The notes below the pieces were generated by a model. The model was given only the letters and a program-made list of their open reading frames with translations, had not been told where the DNA came from and made no database searches. The translations under genes and the position numbers were made by a program. This document shows positions 34,532-41,822 of a stretch of DNA of 41,822 nt, piece after piece. Every line of letters starts with the position of its first letter. Within the stretch, counting starts at the first letter, position 1. The DNA is from a virus (lineage: Duplodnaviria; Caudoviricetes), in the IMG/VR virus record IMGVR_UViG_3300037484_001946, positions 1 through 41,822 of that record, one strand, 5' to 3'.

Positions 34532-35688
34532 GGCCGCGCTCCTTCCAGGATCTCGAGCTTGGCCAGGGCCCCTGGAAGCCCCGCTTCGACGCCCGCGGCC
34601 TGAGCCCAGGCCGTCAGCTTGTCGGCTGTCGTCCGGGCTGCCGCGACTTCGGAACACCGCGTCCGGGAAACGATGAGGGGGCGCTCCTCGACCGTGACAG
34701 CGAAAGCCCCCTCGACCTCGAGCATGTTTTTCTTGACCCCATCCATCCAGGATCTGACGGCGTCCCGATCCTCGCTTGAGAATTCGATCCGCAGCCGGAC
34801 CTCGGCATCCTGGACGGGCTCATGATCCTCGAGGCCGACGAGCTTCCCGTCTTCCCACTTGCCCTCGAGGAGAACCATCCGGCGGGCGGGGAGCTCCCAG
34901 GGCGTCACGTCCCAGAAGGGCTTAGAGCTCTTGCGCGTATTCCATTCCCAGATCAGCCCGCCCTTGGTTCCCTTGGCTTCCCCGAAGGATCCACGGAACG
35001 GGGCGCCGGCGTAGAAGACCGGGCGCCCATCGAGGGAGTTCATCTGCTGGCGAAGGTGGATATGTCCGAGCGCGACGCCCGCGGCGCCGCTCTCGAGGAG
35101 CTCGTCGGCCGAGAGGGAGATCTCCTCGCCTGACGCCACGGGCTGCCCGCTGTCCATCGAAGCGCCGGTCACGGGCATGTGCGCGACGAGGATCGAAGGC
35201 TTGTCCCGCGCGATCTCCGGATTGAGCCGGAATCCGCGAACGACGTCGAGGAGCGCGGCCCGCGCCATCTCCCGGCGGACCGCGATCGAATCGCTTGCCC
35301 CGGCCTGCGCCGCGAGCTTCGCGAGGTTCGGCCAGGGAAGAAAGGCAAAGGCCACGTCCGAGAAGACCCGGACGATCGGCTCGGTGACGACTTCGAACGT
35401 CGGCCGCCAGCCGTACTTCTCGTTGAACAGCCGGACGTCGTCGGCGTCGTCATGGTTTCCGTTGATGAGGTAGACCATCGCGAAATCGGCGAGCCCGCAC
35501 AGAAATTCCGCGAGGTAGAGTCGTTCCTCCGGCGTCGATCGCCGATCGTAAATGTCGCCAGCGATGACGATCGCGTCGGGCTTTTGCTCTTGGGCGTTCA
35601 CCCCGATGAAGTCGATGATCCGCCGGGCCTCGGCCGCGCGGGGGCCCGAGAGCTTGACGTGAAGATCCGCAAGATGGAGGATTCTCAC
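34528..35688 (-). CDS. sbcD: SbcD/Mre11-like metallophosphoesterase nuclease
   Basis: H.ADLH, AGDIYD, GNHD, AH and LGHIH.RQ motifs; adjacent to sbcC. Confidence 0.93.
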   Translation of the reverse strand: MRILHLADLHVKLSGPRAAEARRIIDFIGVNAQEQKPDAIVIAGDIYDRRSTPEERLYLAEFLCGLADFAMVYLINGNHDDADDVRLFNEKYGWRPTFEVVTEPIVRVFSDVAFAFLPWPNLAKLAAQAGASDSIAVRREMARAALLDVVRGFRLNPEIARDKPSILVAHMPVTGASMDSGQPVASGEEISLSADELLESGAAGVALGHIHLRQQMNSLDGRPVFYAGAPFRGSFGEAKGTKGGLIWEWNTRKSSKPFWDVTPWELPARRMVLLEGKWEDGKLVGLEDHEPVQDAEVRLRIEFSSEDRDAVRSWMDGVKKNMLEVEGAFAVTVEERPLIVSRTRCSEVAAARTTADKLTAWAQAAGVEAGLPGALAKLEILEGARP

Positions 35689-35695
35689 GGCCGTC

Positions 35696-36910
35696 TCAGT
35701 ACGGGACCTTGTCGCCGTCGGCCGCGGCCCGGGCCTTCTCCATGTCGAGCGTGCCCTGGCGCGGGTCGAATTCCTTGTACGCGAGCCAGGCCTTCATCGC
35801 CTTGAGTTCGGCCTCGTTCTTGGGCGCCCAGCGGGGATTCCATTCGGGCCGCCTCTTCTCGTAGGCCGCAATCTTGGCCCGGAGCTCCGCGACCGAGAGC
35901 CTCGAGGCCGGTTCCTTCGGATACTTTCCGTCGGCGGCGGGCGGCCCGCAGATCAAGAGCGGATCGTCCTGCGGCTGCTTGGGCGCCGACGCCGGTTCGG
36001 GCTCGGTCTTCTCACCGGCGGGGTCGGTTTCCGGGCAGGTCGCCGCGGGCGGCGTCTTCCCATTTTCGACTTCCTCTTCCGGCTCCTCGGCCGGCGAGAG
36101 CTTCGCGACGCGGCGGGTGACGGCCAGGCTCTGGACCGCCCCTTCGGGCCGCGGGCCGTACATCATCTCGGTCGCCTGGAGGGCCCGGCGGGCGATCATC
36201 AACTCGATCTCTCGCCCGATCTCCGGATCGTCGGAATGGCCGGTGAATTGCAGCCGGACGATCGCGAAGCCGCGCTCGATCTCAGCCGGCGTGTAGCTCG
36301 TCCGGACACCGAGCGACCGGATCGCCCGGTTCTTGGCCTTGGTCTCGGCCAGAGAGAGGATGTGCTGGCGGACTTGCAGGATCTGCGGCCAGGGATCCCG
36401 GGGTGGCGTGGCCTTGTCGGCGACCCGCGCGATCTCCTGGGAGTCGGCCCCCCAAGTCGAGCGGTCCTTGCCCTGTTCGGCGCGAAGGTCGAGCCGCTTC
36501 GAACCAGTGATCAGGCGCTCGGTCCCGTCGAGCTGGAGGACCGACCCGGCCACCTGATACTCGATGACGTAGGGGTTGGAACCGTCGTCGACCCGGCCGC
36601 AGAGGTGCGGATTCCAGCGGACGCCGGCCGCTGAGGCGACCCGATCGAGGGCCGTCTTTCCGATCCCCCGCTTGTCCGATCCGGCGAGCGAGTAGGTTTC
36701 GTTTACCGGGTCGACGAAGACGAACGAGATCCCCGCGGCGTGGAGCAGCGGGAGCTTCCCGCCGATCGCGCCGCCAGGGACAACGAGGTTGTGCCGTTCG
36801 CCGAGGGCCTTGATGGCCTGGGCGAGGCGTTCGACGTTTTCGAAGACTCCGCCCGTCGAGAGGCGAAGATCCGTTCCCGGTGTTTTCGCGGGAAGGTTTT
36901 CTTGACTCAT
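35696..36910 (-). CDS. Putative single-strand annealing protein (Rad52-like fold)
   Basis: K..L.R.A..AG and AETKA.NRAIR motifs; acidic Pro-rich tail; directly upstream of sbcD-sbcC. Confidence 0.55.
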   Translation of the reverse strand: MSQENLPAKTPGTDLRLSTGGVFENVERLAQAIKALGERHNLVVPGGAIGGKLPLLHAAGISFVFVDPVNETYSLAGSDKRGIGKTALDRVASAAGVRWNPHLCGRVDDGSNPYVIEYQVAGSVLQLDGTERLITGSKRLDLRAEQGKDRSTWGADSQEIARVADKATPPRDPWPQILQVRQHILSLAETKAKNRAIRSLGVRTSYTPAEIERGFAIVRLQFTGHSDDPEIGREIELMIARRALQATEMMYGPRPEGAVQSLAVTRRVAKLSPAEEPEEEVENGKTPPAATCPETDPAGEKTEPEPASAPKQPQDDPLLICGPPAADGKYPKEPASRLSVAELRAKIAAYEKRRPEWNPRWAPKNEAELKAMKAWLAYKEFDPRQGTLDMEKARAAADGDKVPY

Positions 36911-36939
36911 GGAATTCTCTCCTTTCCTGAATCAGGCCG

Positions 36940-37089
36940 TCATGGCTTGCTTTGTTCAGCAAGCCTTCTCTTTCTGTCCCGGTCTTCGATCTTAAAGTTC
37001 AGCCACGCGGCCAAGAATCCGATCCCGATCGCGATGGCAAAGAGGCCAACGATGGCGAAGAACTTGATGGTGATCTCGAAGGTTGTCAT
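36940..37089 (-). CDS. Small membrane peptide (49 aa, not in ORF track)
   Basis: GGAGG RBS; MTTFEITIKFFAIVGLFAIAIGIGFLAAWLNFKIEDRDRKRRLAEQSKP. Confidence 0.6.
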   Translation of the reverse strand: MTTFEITIKFFAIVGLFAIAIGIGFLAAWLNFKIEDRDRKRRLAEQSKP

Positions 37090-37098
37090 TTCCCCCTC

Positions 37099-37344
37099 CT
37101 AAAAAAGCGATAGTTGGGAGGAGGAGGCGGCCGAACCGGACACCCCCTCCTCCGGGCTCGAAGAAGACGCTCTGGGCTTTTTGGGCCCTATCGCATTTGG
37201 CCTCACCTCCTTTCTCTTTTTTGGAATTCCCTTATCCCGCCTCGTCTTCCTGATCTTCCCGGATCCCCGCGGATAGCAGTAGACGCAGGGCTCGTTGTTG
37301 ACAACAGCGGTGAAGCCGCAGTCGGGACAATTCTGGATACTCAT
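37099..37344 (-). CDS. Small basic protein with CxxC...CxxC
   Basis: MSIQNCPDC...CVYC; RK.RRDKG..K motif; ends QLSLF. Confidence 0.6.
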   Translation of the reverse strand: MSIQNCPDCGFTAVVNNEPCVYCYPRGSGKIRKTRRDKGIPKKRKEVRPNAIGPKKPRASSSSPEEGVSGSAASSSQLSLF

Positions 37345-37448
37345 GCCTTCCTCCGATTCCACCGGGCGACCAGGTCACGCTTGATCGCAACAGCCGCAAG
37401 CCCGCTAACCAGGCCGAACGCGAAGACGGCGAAGATAAAAGCGGCCAT
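37341..37448 (-). CDS. Small membrane peptide (35 aa, not in ORF track)
   Basis: MAAFIFAVFAFGLVSGLAAVAIKRDLVARWNRRKA; coupled on both sides (TGATG and ATGA). Confidence 0.6.
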   Translation of the reverse strand: MAAFIFAVFAFGLVSGLAAVAIKRDLVARWNRRKA

Positions 37449-38119
37449 CACTCCCCTCCTCCCGATACGTTCTTGGCCAGGGCGGCCGCCTTCCGGCGGA
37501 TTCGCCGATGAAGCCATAGGTGAAAATCGTTCTTACAGACGAGCAGATTCTGATTCCGGTTATCCGAACCGTTGCCGTTGACGTGATGCACGACTTCGCC
37601 AGCCCTCAGATATCTACCCATCGCTTTCTCGGCTATAAGTCGATGCTTAAAGACGTAGCCCATCGAATTGGCGTAGGGATGATTGGGCGCATGGGTAATG
37701 ATGTAACCGTTGCGACGGATAATATTTCCGCCCTTCCAGTTACCGTTCTTGTCGGCCTTGTGGCCTTCGCTCATCTTGAGCAATTCTTCGGCGGTATGTT
37801 TCCTGCCCCGTACCGCCGCCCACATTCTCTCCATGTGCCAACGAGCTTTGGGAACGCCCCTTTGCCGGAGAGAATTTTTCGCTCTCACTTCATCGCTCAT
37901 GATTCGGCCCGTGCTGGCAAGGCTAAGGCGCTTCAGGTGAGAAGGCGTATTCGCCCCCTCCGCGATAGAGCGGACGGCTATTCCGTTTTTCTTTAAATGC
38001 CGCCTAATTGTTTCAAGATGGACGCCAAGAATATTCCCGATATCCCGGCATGAAAGTTGCTCCGCGATATACTTCTGGAATAGCCAATCCCGCGAAGGGA
38101 TCATGACTTTATGGCGCAT
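37448..38119 (-). CDS. Free-standing HNH homing endonuclease with HTH and NUMOD3-like repeats
   Basis: GRKHT.E...KMSE, N.NWKGG, GYV..HRL.AE...GR.L...EVVHH.NG...DNR..NL; visibly lower GC. Confidence 0.9.
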   Translation of the reverse strand: MRHKVMIPSRDWLFQKYIAEQLSCRDIGNILGVHLETIRRHLKKNGIAVRSIAEGANTPSHLKRLSLASTGRIMSDEVRAKNSLRQRGVPKARWHMERMWAAVRGRKHTAEELLKMSEGHKADKNGNWKGGNIIRRNGYIITHAPNHPYANSMGYVFKHRLIAEKAMGRYLRAGEVVHHVNGNGSDNRNQNLLVCKNDFHLWLHRRIRRKAAALAKNVSGGGE

Positions 38120-38559
38120 TTCAAAATCCCTCTTGTCTCGGCGCTCATCCGCTCAATCTCCGTCAGGAAATAGCTGATCCGGCCATACTCGACCGGCGTT
38201 ATGGTTTGATCCTCAAGGGACTTCTTGACTTCGCCGATTGCCTCGCCTAGACGCTGAGCGATCGACAGGAACGCCTGGAAGATGTCTGGGGAGGGAGAGG
38301 CCCCCGCGCCGATCTCATGCACGGCTTGGAGCCCGCACGGACGGAGGAAGAATTCCCATATCCGCCAGTCGCCTGTGATGGCAAAGAGCTTGGGGATGAG
38401 GTCCGGGGGGAAGGCCGCGAGACCGCGAAGCCAATTATCATATGTCGATGCAGGGACGCCCAGGTCTGCGGCGATGGCCTTCCGCTCTTGTTTCAGGGAC
38501 AAGAGCAGGGCGGAAAATTCGTCGCAGTATTTACCTTGAAAACGTTCTGTCCCGCGCAT
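38101..38559 (-). CDS. CII-like phage regulatory protein
   Basis: N-terminal HTH (IAADLGV..ST...W); C-terminal GE.......L.D..IT..E motif of P2/186-type CII proteins. Confidence 0.7.
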   Translation of the reverse strand: MRGTERFQGKYCDEFSALLLSLKQERKAIAADLGVPASTYDNWLRGLAAFPPDLIPKLFAITGDWRIWEFFLRPCGLQAVHEIGAGASPSPDIFQAFLSIAQRLGEAIGEVKKSLEDQTITPVEYGRISYFLTEIERMSAETRGILKCAIKS

Positions 38560-38717
38560 TATCGTGTTCCCATTGAGGAGGAGAATTGAGAATCGAAGTG
38601 GATGACCGGGATCAACCGCTTACGATCCTTCCGGCGCCGGGCGAGCGGCCGCCGGCGGGCGCGGAGCTCGCGGACCGGGGTCCGGGGCCTGGGCGGGAGC
38701 GGGGCGGGAGCGATCAT
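38559..38717 (-). CDS. Small Pro/Arg-rich peptide (52 aa, not in ORF track)
   Basis: MIAPAPLPPRPRTPVRELRARRRPLARRRKDRKRLIPVIHFDSQFSSSMGTR; ATGA overlap upstream and TAATG overlap downstream. Confidence 0.55.
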   Translation of the reverse strand: MIAPAPLPPRPRTPVRELRARRRPLARRRKDRKRLIPVIHFDSQFSSSMGTR

Positions 38718-38950
38718 TGATTGCCTCCCAAGATGACCGCGACTCGATTCCGGTACGGCGCCCGGAGCTTCCGGGAGTTGAAGAAGGCGACGAAGTCCGC
38801 GCCCTCGATGACCACGCGCTTACCGACCCGGGCGGCCCGGAGCTCGTTGGCGCGGATGAACCGGAGGACCTGGGTCTTGGAGACACGGAGCTCAGCGGCC
38901 GCTTCCCGGAGCGTCATCACCAGAGGGACGTCGGCGCGGGTCATCGGCAA
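38714..38950 (-). CDS. Excisionase-like HTH_17 DNA-binding protein
   Basis: MTL.EAA..L.VS...V.R.I....L.A.RVG.R..I motif. Confidence 0.85.
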   Translation of the reverse strand: MPMTRADVPLVMTLREAAAELRVSKTQVLRFIRANELRAARVGKRVVIEGADFVAFFNSRKLRAPYRNRVAVILGGNQ

Positions 38951-39147
38951 GCCCGCTTCATCCCGATCAGGAGCTTGATCCGATACAGCCGCCGGAGAGG
39001 AGGCTTCTTGACCTGGCCATTCAGGAACTTAAAGACGGAAGCGGCGGTCTTCCAGCCGACCAGCTCGGCCGCCGCCTGGAGGGTGATGTCCTTGCGGATA
39101 ATATATTCCTGGAACTGTTCCCGGATCTTGTTGATTTCGTCGTTCAT
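38941..39147 (-). CDS. cro: Cro-like repressor
   Basis: 68-aa HTH (ITLQ.AA..VG...ASV.K.LNG) divergent from cI; GGAG RBS. Confidence 0.75.
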   Translation of the reverse strand: MNDEINKIREQFQEYIIRKDITLQAAAELVGWKTAASVFKFLNGQVKKPPLRRLYRIKLLIGMKRACR

Positions 39148-39169
39148 ATTCTCCGCCTAATTATCCTTG

Positions 39170-39273
39170 CCGGATACATAATATAGAAACGAATATGCGC
39201 GTGTCAAGAAATATTTTAAAAATATTAAAATTATTTATGCGGGGGGAATTCCGGGGTAGAATGAGACAAGAAC
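39170..39273. promoter_or_regulatory. Divergent lysis/lysogeny promoters and operator
   Basis: AT-rich island; minus-strand TTGACA (39207-39202) followed after 16-18 nt by TATATTAT; plus-strand TTTATG-N17-TAGAAT (39234-39262); 17-bp inverted repeat AATATTTT-A-AAAATATT (39210-39226). Confidence 0.75.
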
Positions 39274-40032
39274 ATGGGAAGCGCGCTGTCTAACTTCCTC
39301 CTTGAAAAGACCAGGAACATGAACCAGGTTGACCTTGCGCGCGCGCTTGGAGTTTCCCAAAGTTTCCTCAGTCGCCTGAAATCCGGGCAGATAAAAACGG
39401 CGGATGCTACCCTTGCCGTCGATATGGCAGTATTTTTCCATGAGCCGATTCAGAAGATGCTTTCGCTCGTCGGGAAGGACGCGTATTACGCCAAAATGAA
39501 AGAGGCGTTATTCCCAGAATTCCAGAAGGACCCCATTATCCTTGAGGCTTTCCCAGATGAGTCGACGAAGATCGAGTTCGACCGCTTCCGATCTCGCGAC
39601 GATTTCCTTCCGATCCGGATCGTCGGGGCCGGCTCGCTTGGTCCGGGCCGCTTCGTCTCGTCCGAGGAAACTAAGGGTTATGCTCTGATCTACCGCCACG
39701 CCCTGCCGAAAAAAGCCGCCGCCCAGAAGCGCGACCGCGAGAAGATCGTTTGCCTTTTCGCCGAGGGCCAGTCGATGACCCCCACGATCCAAGACGGCTC
39801 GCTCGTTGCGGTCGATATCGAAGACCGGGCCGAGATCCACAAGAATAAAATCTACGCCGTCGAGCTCCCGGACGCGGGCGTTACCCTAAAGAGGGTGATC
39901 CGCTCGGCCGATCACTTTATGCTCTTCGCCGACAATCCAAACGAACCAGGATTCCCGACATGCGTCAGCATGGAGGGGCTCGGCTACAACCCGATCTGCG
40001 GGCGAGTGGTCTGGGCCTGGAATAAATTCTAA
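39274..40032 (+). CDS. cI: CI-like repressor (XRE HTH + S24 autopeptidase)
   Basis: MNQ..LA..LGVSQ..LSR HTH; G.SM.P.I.DG..V.VD (catalytic Ser), TLKR (catalytic Lys), DNP and I.GRV motifs. Confidence 0.93.
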   Translation: MGSALSNFLLEKTRNMNQVDLARALGVSQSFLSRLKSGQIKTADATLAVDMAVFFHEPIQKMLSLVGKDAYYAKMKEALFPEFQKDPIILEAFPDESTKIEFDRFRSRDDFLPIRIVGAGSLGPGRFVSSEETKGYALIYRHALPKKAAAQKRDREKIVCLFAEGQSMTPTIQDGSLVAVDIEDRAEIHKNKIYAVELPDAGVTLKRVIRSADHFMLFADNPNEPGFPTCVSMEGLGYNPICGRVVWAWNKF

Positions 40033-40045
40033 AACGGAGGGGGTC

Positions 40046-40519
40046 ATGAAGAAGTTCTTTGTTCTCGCGGCCATTTCTTGTCTTGGCATCTCTTGTGCTA
40101 CAGCGCCGGCTCCGCGTCAGATTACGAATTCTTTCCCAGTCAATGCCCCATTTGAGGCTACCTGGACAGCCGTCATTGAGTCTTTCGCAGAGATGAATCT
40201 GCCGATCATGAACATGGAAAAAGCATCCGGCCTCATTACGACTGACTGGATTAGCTTTGGCGGCAATAATCAATGGGTTCGCTATTGTGATTGCGGCAAG
40301 CTTGGGCTGAATGAAGAAAGGGCAAGGCGGGGAAAGTTCAACGTCTTCGTAAAAAAGGCCGACGATGCTTCCTGCGAGATGAAAATAAATGCCGTGTTCG
40401 AGGTGGTCGTCGCTTCCGCCCTTGCTAGGAATGCGCCCGAATCCATCAAGACGTGCGTATCAACGGGAAATTTCGAGGCCGAGATTTGTAAGAACATCAT
40501 GGAAAAAATAGCCAAATAG
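40046..40519 (+). CDS. Lipoprotein in the immunity operon (superinfection-exclusion candidate)
   Basis: MKK + hydrophobic core + GISC lipobox; FE.TW.A.......I...EK.SG.I.TDW pattern resembles BamC-like helix-grip lipoproteins. Confidence 0.75.
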   Translation: MKKFFVLAAISCLGISCATAPAPRQITNSFPVNAPFEATWTAVIESFAEMNLPIMNMEKASGLITTDWISFGGNNQWVRYCDCGKLGLNEERARRGKFNVFVKKADDASCEMKINAVFEVVVASALARNAPESIKTCVSTGNFEAEICKNIMEKIAK

Positions 40520-40523
40520 AATC

Positions 40524-40706
40524 ATGTACGCCCTCTTCGGGATCCTCAACTGCCCGGACTGCGGCGGATTTCTCCCGGTCAAGGACATCGTCTACGGCGC
40601 CGAGCCCGCGCTTATGACCGTCACCTGTCCGGGCTGCCGGGCTGCGTGGAAGGTCCTGGACGACAAGGTCCGGGGGTTCGTCATCGAGGAGAGGAAGGAC
40701 AACTGA
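40524..40706 (+). CDS. Small zinc-ribbon protein
   Basis: CPDC...CPGC; 60 aa; its 3' end supplies the integrase RBS. Confidence 0.6.
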   Translation: MYALFGILNCPDCGGFLPVKDIVYGAEPALMTVTCPGCRAAWKVLDDKVRGFVIEERKDN

Positions 40707-40709
40707 GGC

Positions 40710-41822
40710 TTGAGCGTCTACCTACGCGGCCGCGTCTACTGGTTCAAGCGCATGATCGGTGGCCGCGAATACCGCCGCTCCCTCGATATCCGCAAGGGCC
40801 AAGAGATCCTCCTCTCCGAGGCCGTGAAGCTCATGGACCTGGAGATAACGGCCGCCCATCTCGGGATCCCCTTCAAGCGGCAGACCGCGGTCCCCTTCGA
40901 TACTTACGTCGAGCACTACCTCGCCCAGGAAAAGAACCAAGCTGGGCGGTTCGAATGGACGAAGAAAAAGCAACGCCTGGCGATCGTCGCCGAGGCCTGG
41001 GGCTCGACGGCGCTCCACGCCATAGACCGTGACGCCGTCCTCCGGCTCGAGCGACATCTCCTCGAAGAACGGAGGGTCGCGGAGTCCACGGTCAACCGAT
41101 ACTTCGAGGTCCTCCGGCATCTCTTCGGCCGGGCGATCGAAGAAGGGCACGTCAAGGACAACCCGGTCCGGCTTTACTACCAGCCCTTCCGGGAGGAGGG
41201 CGGCCGCCGGGCGCTATCCGCCGACGAGATCTCCCGCGTGATCGCCGCGGCTGCCAAGGTCCAGGGAGATCCCCGCGGCGATTCTCAGGGGCTCATCTAT
41301 GACCTTTGCCTATTCGGGTTGCATACGGGCGCGCGCTTAGGCGAGTGTCTCGCGCTCCGATTCGAGCACGTCCGGGACGACGTCGCCTATCTCCCGATCG
41401 CGCAGACGAAGAGCCGGCGCCGGGCCCCAAAAAGGCAGACGGCCAGGATCAAGCCGATCGTCCTCGACGACGCCGCCAAGGGGATCGTCGAGCGTCGCCG
41501 GCGGTGCCGGCCAGAGGCATTCGTCTTCCGCCTCAAGCGGCAGGATCCGAACGAAATCTTCTACGCCATTCACCGGATCCGGAAGCTCTCGGGGATCCAG
41601 GACTTTTCTTTCCACGTCCTCCGGCATACGTTCATCACCGCGGCCGCGGAAACCTTCGGGATCTCCAGGGCCCGGGACATCGTGAGCCATGCGGACCTCA
41701 AGACGACGAGCCGCTACACGCACCCCCAGCTCGCCGAGATTCGGGCCGCGCTCACGAAATTGGGTACAATGTTCCCTAGCTATGAAATAAAAAACTCAAG
41801 CGGGGACAAAGAAAAAGACTAA
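40710..41822 (+). CDS. int: Tyrosine recombinase / phage integrase
   Basis: Arm-binding N-terminus; STVNRY; catalytic R (TGAR.GE), K (QTK), H..R (FHVLRH), H (SH) and Y (RYTH). Confidence 0.95.
   Translation: MSVYLRGRVYWFKRMIGGREYRRSLDIRKGQEILLSEAVKLMDLEITAAHLGIPFKRQTAVPFDTYVEHYLAQEKNQAGRFEWTKKKQRLAIVAEAWGSTALHAIDRDAVLRLERHLLEERRVAESTVNRYFEVLRHLFGRAIEEGHVKDNPVRLYYQPFREEGGRRALSADEISRVIAAAAKVQGDPRGDSQGLIYDLCLFGLHTGARLGECLALRFEHVRDDVAYLPIAQTKSRRRAPKRQTARIKPIVLDDAAKGIVERRRRCRPEAFVFRLKRQDPNEIFYAIHRIRKLSGIQDFSFHVLRHTFITAAAETFGISRARDIVSHADLKTTSRYTHPQLAEIRAALTKLGTMFPSYEIKNSSGDKEKD

Larger units (their letters stand above)
1..41822. mobile_element. Temperate tailed (pro)phage: siphovirus-like tail, HK97-type head, lambdoid gene order
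   Basis: Complete ordered set of integrase, cI/cro switch, recombination/replication, lysis, terminase, portal, protease, capsid, neck, tail tube, tape measure and fibre genes; no sheath gene seen; frequent ATGA/TAATG translational coupling. Confidence 0.97.

Noticed and set aside
283-38978. Numerous long + strand ORFs and alternative-frame ORFs in the track (e.g. 10761-12011, 17307-18650, 23386-24633)
   Set aside because: Antisense or shadow frames of well-supported high-GC genes; Arg/Pro/Gly-rich with no recognisable motifs
41755-41822. att site or integrase arm sites in the AT-rich integrase 3' end
   Set aside because: No matching repeat found at the other end of the window and flanks are not included, so it cannot be supported
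1-41822. tRNA/ncRNA genes, introns, inteins, invertase cassettes or stop-codon recoding
   Set aside because: Intergenic gaps are short with no cloverleaf noticed; core genes are uninterrupted, of normal length and read in the standard code

Overview
The whole window is an apparently near-complete, high-GC temperate siphovirus-type (pro)phage, trimmed from the stop codon of its last gene to the stop codon of its integrase. Only the immunity/integration block (cI, a lipoprotein, a Zn-ribbon protein and a tyrosine integrase; 39274-41822) is on the + strand. Everything else reads on the - strand, from right to left: cro, xis-like and CII-like regulators; an HNH homing endonuclease; an SSAP-SbcD-SbcC recombination module; a replication initiator with an internal origin; RusA; a PRTRC-type ParB; a lysis cassette; TerS/TerL; a portal-MuF fusion; HK97-type protease and capsid; neck genes; tail tube; frameshifted tail chaperones; tape measure; tail tip and fibre genes. 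The most unusual property is that four genes inside or next to the morphogenesis region carry N-terminal export signals: (1) a fibre-domain protein between terL and portal; (2) an Ig-like protein coupled to a solo LuxR HTH; (3) a truncated paralogue of the phage's own tail fibre, with a candidate promoter of its own and an RBS-occluding inverted repeat; (4) a putative lipoprotein combining a PBP-type Cys/His motif with a glycoside-hydrolase-like barrel. All calls come from motif recognition by eye; no searches were run. No CRISPR array, RNA gene, reverse transcriptase or att core was identified.
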